Of a stretch of DNA of 64,000 nucleotides, positions 12,786-23,914 are shown one piece after another. Positions within the stretch are counted from its first letter, which is position 1. Each line of letters begins with the position of its first letter. The DNA comes from Hemiscyllium ocellatum (taxonomy: Eukaryota): assembly GCF_020745735.1 (NCBI RefSeq), contig NC_083409.1, forward strand, positions 23,952,048 to 24,016,047. The letters are read 5' to 3'. The notes beneath the pieces are model-generated. The model made no database searches. It was not told the origin of the DNA and saw only the letters and a program-made list of their open reading frames with translations. A program made the translations under genes and the position numbers.

Positions 12786-12820
12786 TCAGTCTGAGCTTGG
12801 TTCCTGGACCGAACGTGAAC
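12786..12820 (-). CDS. IGKJ: Ig kappa J segment (FTFGPGTKLRL)
   Basis: F-G-X-G motif; donor CTGA|GTAAGT in phase 1, matching the C exon acceptor (A|GC = Ser). Confidence 0.96.
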
Positions 12821-12859
12821 CACAGTGAGAGCTCCCAGTGCAGGGGCTGTACAAAAACC
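12821..12859 (+). other. J recombination signal sequence, 23-bp spacer
   Basis: CACAGTG 12821-12827, 23-nt spacer, perfect ACAAAAACC 12851-12859; V-12/J-23 is the kappa-type arrangement. Confidence 0.97.
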
Positions 12860-13235
12860 TCTAATCTCTGCTTCCTTCTGTCACTTTCAACCTCTCCCTG
12901 TCTCTCCCTCATTTATGTCTTTCTTCATCTCTGTTTCTCTCATTCTGTTTCTCTCTCTCAGATGACATCTTTTTCGATGTTAAATCATGCAGCCATTCTT
13001 CACATGTGGCCATGGAGTGTAAGAGGGAAACTTGAGGCTTTCAGTGAGCGGTAGACACCACAGGGACTGGAGTGTGTAGGGGACAGTGACAATTCCGGCA
13101 TGGGGTAATTTGTTCAGTTTCATTTGTATATCACTGTGTTGGTATCAGTGACAGAGGTAGGGCTGTGTCTCTATTATTATGTATAACATATAATTATGAA
13201 TGTATCAGTATAGGAGGTGGTGCTGTGTGTATTGA

Positions 13236-13263
13236 GGTTTTTGGACGGCTCTGTATCACTGTG
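13236..13263 (-). other. V recombination signal sequence, 12-bp spacer
   Basis: Minus strand CACAGTG (13263-13257), 12-nt spacer ATACAGAGCCGT, nonamer CCAAAAACC (one mismatch to ACAAAAACC). Confidence 0.96.
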
Positions 13264-13560
13264 AAGGCCAGCTGTTACGTTGCTGACAGTAATAGTCAGC
13301 GACATCCTCATTCTGAACGTTGCTGATTGTCAGGGTGAAACTGGTCCCTGATCCACTGCCGGTGAATCGCTCGGAGACTCCTGTGAATCGATTTGTTGCA
13401 TCATAGATCAGGAGAGAGGGTTTCTGACCTTCTCGCTGCTGGTACCAAGCAAGGTAGCTGCTAATGCTTTGACTGGCCGTACAGGTGAGTGTTGCGGTCT
13501 GGTCCCGTCCCACTGACAGCACCGGGGGAGACTGAGTCATGATGATGTCCCCACTGATAC
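13264..13560 (-). CDS. IGKV: Ig kappa-type (NS4/type III-like) V segment, open frame, unrearranged
   Basis: Acceptor CCCCTCAG|GT; translates [100 protein letters not shown] with both Cys, WYQQ and DYYC; ends at an RSS heptamer. Confidence 0.97.
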
Positions 13561-13746
13561 CTGAGGGGTCAGAGAGAAACACAGTGAAGTCAGAACTGTC
13601 ACAGAAAGAGCCTGTCAAATGAGAGATTGTTGGAGACACTGAGCATTCCTCTGGTTTCAACATTTTCCCTTCAATCACAAGTCAGTGGAATTGGAGTGAA
13701 GTGGAGAGCAACTAAAGATTCAAGGTGGAAGGAGAGAGATTTGTAC

Positions 13747-13795
13747 CTGCGACACAGAATGCCAGGGGCCAGATCAGCTGGATGTGTGAAATCAT
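13747..13795 (-). CDS. IGKV: Ig kappa light chain leader exon (MISHIQLIWPLAFCVA/G)
   Basis: ATG at 13795-13793; 49-nt exon ending GCAG|GTAC (phase 1); hydrophobic peptide; splices in frame to the V exon across a 186-nt intron (13561-13746). Confidence 0.93.
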
Positions 13796-13855
13796 GGTGT
13801 GTGCTCCTGTCCCTGTGCCTGGTTCCTAATAAACTCTCCCTTCACTGGGCTCTGC

Positions 13856-13909
13856 TTTATAAAGCTGCAGCCTGTGAGAGTCTGACTGGGTGTTCCTCAG
13901 TATGTAAAT
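13856..13909 (-). promoter_or_regulatory. V promoter: TATA-like box and variant octamer
   Basis: TTTATAAA at 13856-13863 (~60 nt upstream of ATG) and ATTTACAT at 13909-13902 (consensus light-chain octamer ATTTGCAT). Confidence 0.7.
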
Positions 13910-14944
13910 GGCATCAGGCAGAGAGAGCCACGTCAGTCCCTCACACTTCCTCTTCTGTCTCTCTCTGTCTCCCCATTCTCCCTCTCTCTCTCTGTCTGTC
14001 TATCCTAGAGAGACATTGATGTGAACTGTGCTGAATTAGACCATTTGTCCCATTGTGTCTGTGCTGGACAACAAAGACCTTGACAAACTAATCCCATTTT
14101 CCCGCTCTTGGTCCATAGGCCTGGAAGCTACAGCAACACAAATGTATATCTAAACACTGCTCCAATGTCACGAGAGTTTGTGACTCAAACAGCCTTTCAG
14201 GCAGTGAGTTCCAGACTCCCACCACCCTCTGGGTGAAAACACTTCTCCTCAACTCACCTCTCACTCTCTAAGTCGACTGGGCCTGAACTCACTTGAGTTC
14301 AGTAGGATAAGAGAGGATCAGATTGAAATGTATCAATTTCTAATAGGGCTGGGCAGGGAGGAGGTTTCCCCTGGTTGGGAATTCTGGAACCAGGGGACCC
14401 AGTCTTGGGGGATACAAAGTTGACCATTTAGGACTGAGATGAGGAAACATTTCTTCACTCAGAGGCTAGTCAACCTGTTGAACTCTGTACCTACGATCCT
14501 GACAGCTATGGAGGAGAGAGAATTGAATATGTTCAAGATTATTGTTCTGCCTTTTCACAGCATGAATGGAATGGGGAGAAAGCAGGAATATGGCTTTGAG
14601 ATGGAGGATCAGCCATGATCATACTGAATGACAGAGCAGAGTCAAAGGGCTGAGTGGGCTACTCCTGTTTCTGTGTTTCTGTGTTTCTGTTACCCTCAGT
14701 TTCTGACCCTAGTTTCTGACACCTTTATCCATGTAAAAAGTGCCTTCCTGTCGAATTTAAATGTGCCCCTCATAATCTTACAGTCCTCTGTCAGGTTTCC
14801 TCTCAACTTTCACTGCTCCAAGGAAAACAACCCCAGTCTTTCCAATCTTTCCTCATCACTCAGACCCTACAGCCCAGGCAGCATCCTGGGAAATCTCTGC
14901 ACCCTTCCGAGTACAACCACTTCCTTCCCACAATGTGGTGACCA

Positions 14945-15450
14945 GATCCTGTCTCTCTCTCTTTATCACTTTCTCTCTTTATCACTCCCATTCTGTCTCA
15001 CATCTGCCAACTCTTTCTCTCTATCTCTCTCTTTGGCACTCCTAATCTCTCCCATTCTCTCTCTCTCGCACTCTGTCCCATCATCACTCTCTGCAACTCA
15101 CTCACACTTTCTCACTCTGTCTCATAATCTCTATTTCTCCATCTCTCACTGTTTCCCTCACTTCCTCCCTTTCTTGTTTCTTATCTATTCTTTCTTCTTT
15201 CTCCATCCTTCCTCTCCACCTATCTGGTCTCTCTCTCTCTCTCTCTCTCTCCGTCCCCCTTAGTCACACTATCTCACACCCTATTTCTTTCCCCATTTCC
15301 CTCAACCTCACCATCTCTACTTCCATCTGCATCTCTCTCGCTCCCTGTACACATCTCACACTATCGCAGACACACCTCCCTCTCTCTCACACACACATGC
15401 TCTCCCTCCAACTCTCATTCTGTATCTCTTCCCTCTCTTTCCCACAGTAT
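14945..15450. repeat. CT-rich low-complexity tract (mirrored as GA-rich at ~45690-46375)
   Basis: Degenerate (CT)n; same junction to a CR1 fragment in both copies. Confidence 0.85.
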
Positions 15451-15459
15451 CCCAAGTGG

Positions 15460-15815
15460 TGACAGTTAATTGCAGGTCAAATCTCCCTCTGCTCTGGCCC
15501 ACTAATGGATGTTTGACTGGGACAGCACTACTATTATAGGACAAGCCAAACAGAGAACAGCCAGGGAATTCCTAGAGGCATGGCACTCATCCACAGATTC
15601 AATCAATAAGCACATCGACCTGGACCCAATATACCAGCCACTGCAGTGGACAGCTGGAACTGACAACCGGAAGCAGCAGAGACAAATCACTATAAATGCC
15701 GGAGGAAAGATCACAGAAGCGCTTCACAGGAGGCTCCCAAGCACTGAGGGTGTCACTTAGACAGGGGACGAAACGTCTGCAACACAAATTCCCAGGTCGG
15801 CGAACAGAACCACAA
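15460..15815 (+). mobile_element. Penelope-like element 3' fragment (second family)
   Basis: FDWDSTTIIGQAKQRTAREFLEAWHSSTDSINKHIDLDPIY, typical of the C-terminal part of the PLE GIY-YIG domain; absent from paralogous block B. Confidence 0.75.
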
Positions 15816-16244
15816 CAGTGGATATTAACTCTTAACCTCAGAAGCATGTCTTCTCCTGAAGTAAGGCCCCATTTCCCACATTGACCAGTCATTAGCCTGT
15901 CTCAAGATGATGGACAGATTCTTGTTAAATGAAGACAGTTTTGTGCTGTTGGCCTATTCTCACTGGGGACGGTTTGGACACAAACCTCATTCCATGAAGG
16001 CCCAGCAGAGAGAGGAGATCCTCAGGCCATCAGTGTGAGCCAGGGGGACAGGACAGGCTCTGACCCACTGACCCATCCTGTCCATTCACAACATGTTCCA
16101 ATCCCTTCCCCTCTCCTTCCCCTTCCACAGTCAGGCTCTGGGTCAAGGTGTTTTACTGGGATGAGGTCAGGGCCATCACACAATTACACCAGAAAGGAAC
16201 TGAGCCCCACACCCACCATGATATCCATGACCCACTGGGACTCT

Positions 16245-16595
16245 CCAATGGAGACCAGTATACATAGGCCTCCTTCCCACTGGATGTCCAGCAGACACCA
16301 GTATATATGGATCTCCATACCATTGGATCATCCAATACATATCAGTAAACATGGACCTCCATTACACTGGGCCCTTCAATAGACACCAGTAATCACAGGC
16401 CCCCAGCCCACTGGATGCTCCAATAGACTCCAGTAAACATGGGTCACCATCTCACAAGATACTTCAGTCGAGGCCAGTAAACTAGGGCCTTCTTTCCCCT
16501 GAACTTTACAATAGAGACCAGTAGCATGCATCCTGTTCCCACTGATCCTCCAATAGAGACCAGTAAACATGGGCTTTCATGCCACTGCACCCTTC
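16245..16595 (+). repeat. Degenerate ~44-bp minisatellite, 8 units (inverted copies ~43285-43430 and ~45020-45165)
   Basis: Consensus about CCAATAGAGACCAGTAAACATGGACCTCCTTCCCACTGGATGCT. Confidence 0.85.
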
Positions 16596-17184
16596 AGTAT
16601 CTGAGCTTCAAACCGCACATCCTCTCCATCACGTGGGCTTCTTTTCTATCTCCACAACATTGTCTCTCTGCACTACGTCAGCCCCTTGACCACAGAAACC
16701 CTTATTCCTGTTCATCCCACCTCCTAACTCCATAATCCCGATGTCCTCTCCTACCTTCCTTCCACCTGCTCCATAAAGCCCAACTGTCTGAAATGGAGTG
16801 GTCATTTCCCTGTCTCACACCAAGGAGGAGATGAACAGATATTTAATGAGTAATGGGTTAAAGGATGATGGAAAGTGGGCAGGAAAGTGGAGTTGAGTCT
16901 GAGATGGGATCAGCCATGATTGTATTAAATGGTGGAGTGGGCTCGAGGGGCTGAATTGCCTGCTCCTGCTCCTAGTTCTTATGTTCCTCCACCCTCTCCC
17001 GCATCCCTCTTACTGCAACTCTGTGAACCATCTTGGAATGTTTTGGATATTGAAGGTGCTGAATTAATGTGGGGACAGAATTGTACAGAGGCTGTGAAAG
17101 CTCCTGTAGTTGAATATCCTGCTGGCAGGCTTCAGCCTTCCACATACAGAATGGGAAAGTCGGGGAGGTCAGAATGTGATGTTG

Positions 17185-19345
17185 GGATCCTTGGCACTGT
17201 CCCCCAGCAATGTGGTTGACTCTCTATTGCCCTGTGAAATGGCCGAGCAAGGCTATCGGTTGTATCAATTGTGACGACCTCTCAACAAAGAAATGTAACC
17301 GGACGGACCACAGGCATCGATGCAGAGACAGTAAAGGTATTGACATACCTGCTGCATCCTCTTTACTGACATCTGGGGGCAAGTGCCAAATTCAGGAGAG
17401 CTGTCTCACAGACTGGTCAAGCAACAGCTTGGCACAGCCATACTCACAGAACCATACCTTACAGCAAATGTCCCAGACACCACCATCACTGTCCCTGCAT
17501 GTATCCTGTCCCACAGAAAGGCAAACACAGCAGAGCTGATGACACAGTGTCTACAGCCAGAAGGGAGTTACCCTGAGAGGCCTCAAAGTTGATTCCAGAC
17601 ACCATGAAGTCTCATGACCCCAGCCTAAACATGGGCAAGGAAACCTCCTGGTGATTACAAGATATTTTGCTCCCTCGGCTGATAAATCAGTCTCTCCTGG
17701 ATGTTGAACAGCATTTGGAGGAAGCACTGAGGGTGGTAACAGCACAGAATGTACTTTGGGTGGAGGGGTTTCAATGTCCACCACTGAGAGTGGCTTGGCA
17801 GCAGCATTACTGATCGAGTTGGTTGGTTCCTAATGGGTGTAGCTGAGGGACTGGCTCTGCAGCTGATGGTGAAGGAAACAAACAGATGGAAAAACGTACT
17901 TGACCCCATCCTCACCAATTTTGCGGCTGTGGATGCATCTGTCCTTGACAGTATTGGTAAGAGTGACCATAACACAGTCCTTGTAGAAACAAAGTTTAAC
18001 CTTCACATTGAGAATACCCTCCATTTTGGTGTGTGGTACTATCACCGTGCTAACTAGGACAGACTCCAAACAGATATTGCAACTCAAGGCAATGATCATG
18101 AATGGGGAGCATTGCCAATGAGTGCACAATCTCAACGCCTCATATACTGAAACAGTCCATGTTCGAATGCAGCAATATCTGCACAATATCCAATTTCATC
18201 TGAGAAGCAATATTTCCCATTGGTGCCTTGCAAATGCCAGCCAATGACCATCACCAATTAGAGACAATCTAGCCATCGTCCCTTGACAGTCAATGCTATT
18301 ACCATCACTGAATCCCCACTATCAACATTCTGAGGTATCATTGACCAGAAACTCAACTGGACTCACCACAGAAACACAGTGATTACATGAGCAGGTTAGA
18401 GGCGAGGAATACTGTATCGAGTAACTCACCTCCTGATTCCTCCAAAGCCTGTCAACCAAGTCAGGAATGTGATCGAATACTCCCCACTTGCCTGGATGGG
18501 TGCAGCTCCAACAATATTAATAGAATAATGGTGTTACAGAGTCATACAGCACAGAAACAAACCCTTAAGCCAAACTTCTATATTCTGACCAGGTTTTCTG
18601 AAGTGAACGAGTCTCATTTGCCTGCATTTGGCCCATATCCCTCGAATCCATTCCTGTCTATGTCTATCATATCCTATGTCATTCTTATCCACTCAGAAAG
18701 CTTGATACTATCCAGAGCCAAGCAGCCTCCTTGATTGGCATCACATCCACAAAGCATCCACTCCCACCACTGCTCCATAGCAGCAGCGTGTATTATTGAT
18801 AAGATGCTCAGCAGAAACTCACCAAAGATCCTCAGATAGCACCTTCCAAACCCATACGGGAAAATAGAAATTGCACAAAAAGCTCAGCAGATCTGGCAGC
18901 ATCTGTGGAGAGAAATCAGAGTTAACATTTCGGGTTGCGCACGAAGCATCATGTGACCCAGAAAGTCAACTCTGATGACTCTTCACAGATGCTGCCAGAC
19001 CTGCTGAGCTTTTCCAGCAATTTCTATTTTTGTCCCGGATTTACAGTATTTGCAGTCCTTATGGTTCCCTTCCAAACCCACGTCCACGTCCACTTAGAAC
19101 AAGAGCAGCAGATACATGGGAACACTGAGCTGCAAGTTCCCTTCGATAAAAGCTTAGCATTCTGACTTGGAAATGTATCACTATTCCTTCACTGTCGCTG
19201 GGTCAAAATGCTGGCATTCCCTCCCCAAGAGCATTGTGGGTCAACTTACAGCTTGTGGACGATAACAATTCCAGAAGGCAGCTTCCCACCACCTTCTCCA
19301 GGGTAACGAGGGACAGGGTAAAAAATGTTGGCCCAGCCGGTAAAG
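17185..19345 (+). mobile_element. Degenerate APE-RT non-LTR retrotransposon (CR1/L2 group, distinct family)
   Basis: GELSHRLVKQQ...ILTEPYL endonuclease start and RT/3' fragments; same family at ~41470-42000 and ~52380-54500. Confidence 0.7.
18855..19067. mobile_element. 213-bp fold-back element built from Penelope termini, 13-bp TSD
   Basis: Arms ~18861-18926 and ~18965-19031 are near-perfect inverted repeats; TSD CCTTCCAAACCCA at 18842-18854 and 19068-19080. Confidence 0.8.
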
Positions 19346-19699
19346 CCCCCTTCCCACGAATGAATACTTAAAACCAAATGAAGTGTTCCTCAGGAGGGGA
19401 GAGGGAATGTTCAGGATCCTGAACTCCATTTCCCAGCCCAGGCAGTTTGTCTCCCAATGAATGAATGAGATGCCAATTTGAAGCCCAGCTTCAGAGCAGT
19501 ATCACTCTGTGGACATGAGGTCTATAAGAGGGAATTGGAGATTGAGCTGAAAAGGAATGATTTGCTGAGTTATGGGGAGAGAGCAATGGGGCTAATTGAG
19601 TAATTCCAAGGCATGATGGGCTGAATGGACGCCTCTGTGCTGTCAGATTCCAGGGAGTGAGATGTCTCACAGTTTTCTCCTGTCTCAGTAACAAACGTC

Positions 19700-19884
19700 C
19701 AGCTGCTTTGAGCTCCTTCTTTCACTTCCTCTCTTGGTGAAGTTTCAACCTTGCAATCTGACAGTCTTTGCAGTTATTTTTTACACTGGGGCTTTCTGCT
19801 GTGGTTAGAATCTCTAATAATAAGTGTCCAATCAGTGACAATCACAGCAGCTAAGAGCAGTCAGGACTGAGGAGCCAGGCTCAC
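19700..19884 (-). promoter_or_regulatory. Conserved module M1, copy U (candidate lymphoid enhancer/promoter)
   Basis: GGAAGTGAAA 19729-19720, TGTGGTT, CCAATCAG 19828-19835, CAGCTG 19700-19705; 95-96% identical to the other two copies. Confidence 0.55.
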
Positions 19885-21276
19885 TGGGAAACACATTGGG
19901 AAGATCAAAGCTATCCTCTTCAGCACCTGGTACAAGCTCCATCCCTCTTCCTGAGCACTGTCTGCTGCTCAACCAGACTCTTTATAACTTTGGCCTTATC
20001 TTTGGGGCTGATTTGAGGCCCAACTCCTCCACATCACAAAGATCAGCCACTGAAAATCTCAGCCATTTTTTTGGGACTCCAAATGTGACTATTCCAATGT
20101 TATCCAGGCCCACGTCACAGCCACTGCCTTCTGTAAATATCAGCTCATCCCAAACTCTGCTATTGGTGTTCCAACTCACACCAAGTCCACCCCACACCCC
20201 CGTCCCTATCTTCCATCCCACCATGAACACCACAATCCACACTGACCGACATCAGCTCCTGGTCCAGCAACACCTTGATTTTCAAATTCTCATCCTTGTT
20301 CTTAAACCGCTCCCTGTCCTTCCATCCTCCCTATCTCTGTGACATCCTCCAAGCCACCTCAGTGTGGTCAGCAATCTTGGATATATGGCTCTCTGTTTCT
20401 TCATCCAAGTCATTGAGAAATATCGTGAAAAGATGAGGTCCCAGCACAGATCCCTGGCAACACCACTACTCACATCTGGCTCATTGGAACACACACAAAT
20501 TATCCTTCCTCTCTGTCCCTCACGGTGGGCATTTTAGAATGGCCAATTCACCTGACCTGCATATCTTTGCACCGTGGTAGGAAACCCACGCAGACGCAGG
20601 GAGAATGTATAAACTCTACACACATCCAAAGCTGGAATTGAACCTGGGCCCCTGGTGCTGTGAGGCAGCAGTGCTAACCACTGAGCCACTATATTGAACC
20701 TTCAATGTCTGAACCTTTGTAAATCCATGCTGATTCTCTCGGACCAGATCATATTTGTCCGTTATTCTGTCTCTAAAAACAGACTCAATCACTTCCTGAC
20801 AACAGACACTCAACGGAGATGTTCATTGTGAATGAGGTTACTAAACCACTAGCACTGACATGAGGGGCTGAAGAGCCTCCTTCTGAGCTGGAGCCTTCTC
20901 TGTCTCCTGGATGGAAATATTTTACAGATTAAAAATTAAAGACTAACATCATTTTTTTAAAAAACATTAAAAACTCCTCAAATAATTTCCACATACAGGG
21001 CCGGGCGATGTGTAGTAATTGTACGATGGGGAAGGTGGTGGAGCCCATTGTAGCTCAGAGTGACCACATCTACAGCAAGTGTTGGTTGCTCAAGGCACTC
21101 CAGCTCAGAGTTGATGAGCTGGAATCTGAGCTTCAAACACTGCGACACATCAGGGAGGGGGAGAGTTACCTGGACACTGTGTTTGGGGAGACAGTCACAC
21201 CTTGTAGGTTAAATACTTCAAATTATAGTCAGTGGTCAGGGACAGGAGGGTGTGACGATAAGTGAGCAGGTCGATG

Positions 21277-23914
21277 TCACCACGTCTTACCCCGCCCCTA
21301 CATCGATCTCCTTCCCCGCCCTTGCCCCTAACCCCGCCCCCACTCCCAGCTCCAGTCCCACACCAGGTGCCCGCTTCCAGCCTTGCCAGATCTTCACCAT
21401 CCCTCCAGACCTCCCCCTCTCTGAGGATGAAAGATCAGTCCTCAGCAGAGGCCTCACCTTCATTCCCCTACGCCCTCAGATTAATGAGTTCAACACATGG
21501 CGAGGTATTGAACAATTCTTCCGCCGCCTTCGCCTCCGTGCCTACTTTTACAACCAAGACTCCCGACCACCCTCTGACGACCCCTTCTCCCACCTCTAAC
21601 ACACCCCATCCACCTGGACACCCCGTGCTGGCCTCTTACCCACCCTCGATCTATTTATAGTCAACTGCCGCCGCGACATTAACCGACTCAATCTGTCCAC
21701 CCCTCTTACCCACTCCAACCTCTCACCCTCAGAACATGCAGCCCTCCACTCCCTCCGCTCCAACCCCAACCTCACCATCAAACCGGCAGACAAGGGAGGC
21801 GCGGTAGTAGTTTGGCACACTGACATTTATACCGCTGAGGCTAAACGCCAGCTCGCAGATGCCTCCTCCTATTGCCCCCTTGACCATGACCCCACCTCCC
21901 ACCACCAAACCATCATCTCCGAGACCATCCATAACCTCATCACCTCAGGGGATCTCCCATCCACCGCCTCCAACCTCATAGTCCCACAACCCCGCATTGC
22001 CTGTTTCTACCTCCTGCCCAAAATCCACAAACCTGACTGCCCCGGCCGACCCATTGTCTCAGCCTGCTCCTGCCCCACCAAACTCATCTCCGCGTACCTC
22101 GACACGGTCCTGTCCCCCTTAGTCCAAGAACTCCCCACCTACGTTCGGGACACCACCCACGCCCTCCACCTCCTCCAGGATTTTCGCTTCCCCGGTCCCC
22201 AACGCCTTATCTTCACGATGGACATCCAGTCCCTGTACACCTCCATCCCCCATCATGAAGGACTCAAAGCCCTCCGCTTCTTCCTTTCCCGCCGCACCAA
22301 TCAGTACCCTTCCACTGTCACCCTCCTTCGACTGACTGAACTGGTCCTCATCCTGAACAACTTCTCTTTCCAATCCTCCCACTTCCTCCAAACTAAAGGA
22401 GTTGCCATGGGCACCCACATGGGCCCCAGCTATGCCTGTCTCTTCGTAGGATATGTGGAACAGTCCATCTTCCGCAACTACACTGGCACCACACCCCACC
22501 TTTTCCTCCGCTACATCGATGACAGTATTGGCGCTGCCTCGTGCTCCCATGAGGAGGTTGAACAGTTCATCAACTTTACCAACACCTTCCATCCCGACCT
22601 CAAATTCACCTGGACTGTCTCAAACTCTTCCCTCCCCTTCCTAGACCTTTCCATTTCTATCTCGGGCGACCGAATCAACACAGACATCTACTATAAACCG
22701 ACTGACTCCCACAGCTACCTGGACTACACCTCCTCCCACCCTGCCCCCTGTAAAAACTCCATCCCAAATTCCCAATTCCTTTGTCTCCGCCTCATCTGCT
22801 CCCAGGAAGACCAGTTCCAATACTGTACAGCCCAGATGGCCTCCTCCTTCAAAGACCGCAGACTCCCCCCAGACGTGATCGACGATGCCCTCCACCGCAT
22901 CTCCTCCACTTCCCGCTCCTCCGCCCTTGAGCCCCGCCACCCAACCGCCACCAGGACAGAACCTCACTGGTTCTCACCTACCACCCCACCAACCTCCGTA
23001 TACAGCGTATCATCCGCCGTCATTTCCGCCATCTCGAAACGGACCCCACCACCAGGGATATATTTCCCTCCCCTCCCCTATCAGCGTTCCACAAAGACCA
23101 CTCCCTTCGTGACTCCCTCGTCAGGTCCACACCCCCCACCAACCCATCCTCCACTCCTGGCACCTTCCCCTGCAACTGCAGGAAATGCAAATCTTGCGCC
23201 CATACATCTTCCCTTACCTCTCTCCAAGGCCCCAAGGGATCCTTCCATATCCGCCACAAATTCACCTGCACTTCCACACACATCATCTATTGCATCCGCT
23301 GCACCCGATGTGGCCTCCTCTACATTGGGGAGACGGGCCGCCTACTTGCGGAACGCTTCAGGGAACACCTCTGGGACGCCCGGACCAACCAACCCAACCA
23401 CCCCGTGGCTCAACACTTTAACTCTCCCTCCCACTCCACCAAGGACATGCAGGTCCTTGGACTCCTCCATCGCCAGAACATACCAACACGACGATTGGAG
23501 GAAGAGCGCCTCATCTTCCACCTGGTAACCCTCCAGCCACAAGGGATGAACTCAGATTTCTCCAGTTTCCTCGTTTCCCCTCCCCCCACCTTGTCTCAGT
23601 CGATTCCCTCGAACTCAGCATCACCCTTCTAACCTGCAACTTTCTTCCTGACCTCTTCGCCCCCAGCCCACTCCGGCCTATCACCCTCACCTTGACCTCC
23701 TTGCACCTATCACATCTCCATCGCCCCTCCCCCAAGTCCCTCCTCCCTACCTTTTATCTTAGCCTGCTGGACACACTTTCCTCATTCCTGAAGAAGCGCT
23801 TTTGCCCAAAACGTCGAATTTCCTGTTCCTTGGATGCTGCCTGACCTGCTGCGCTTTAACCAGCAACACAGTTTCAGCTCTGATCTCCAGCATCTGCAGA
23901 CCTCACTTTTTACT
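21277..23914 (+). mobile_element. Penelope-like retroelement (RT + GIY-YIG), near intact, 12-bp TSD
   Basis: One frame from ~21280 with a TAA at 21597-21599; RT motifs KPADKG, MDIQSLYT, GVAMGT, RYIDD; 1-nt deletion near 22940; then IYCIRCTRCGLLYIGETGR (GIY-YIG); TSD AGCAGGTCGATG at 21265-21276 and 23915-23926; host is a CR1 ORF1 fragment. Confidence 0.93.

Noticed and set aside
13132-13138. Perfect heptamer between V and J suggesting a D segment or extra RSS
   Set aside because: No nonamer at 12 or 23 bp on the relevant side.
14628-15263. 211-aa ORF
   Set aside because: Product of CT-rich low-complexity and antisense LINE sequence.
16245-16595. Regularly spaced repeats resembling a CRISPR array
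   Set aside because: The whole ~44-bp unit is repeated and degenerate, with no unique spacers; eukaryotic DNA with no cas genes.
16929-17219. ORF containing VLDIEGAEL (methyltransferase-like motif)
   Set aside because: Starts in a LINE 3' UTR, single short motif, no supporting domain.
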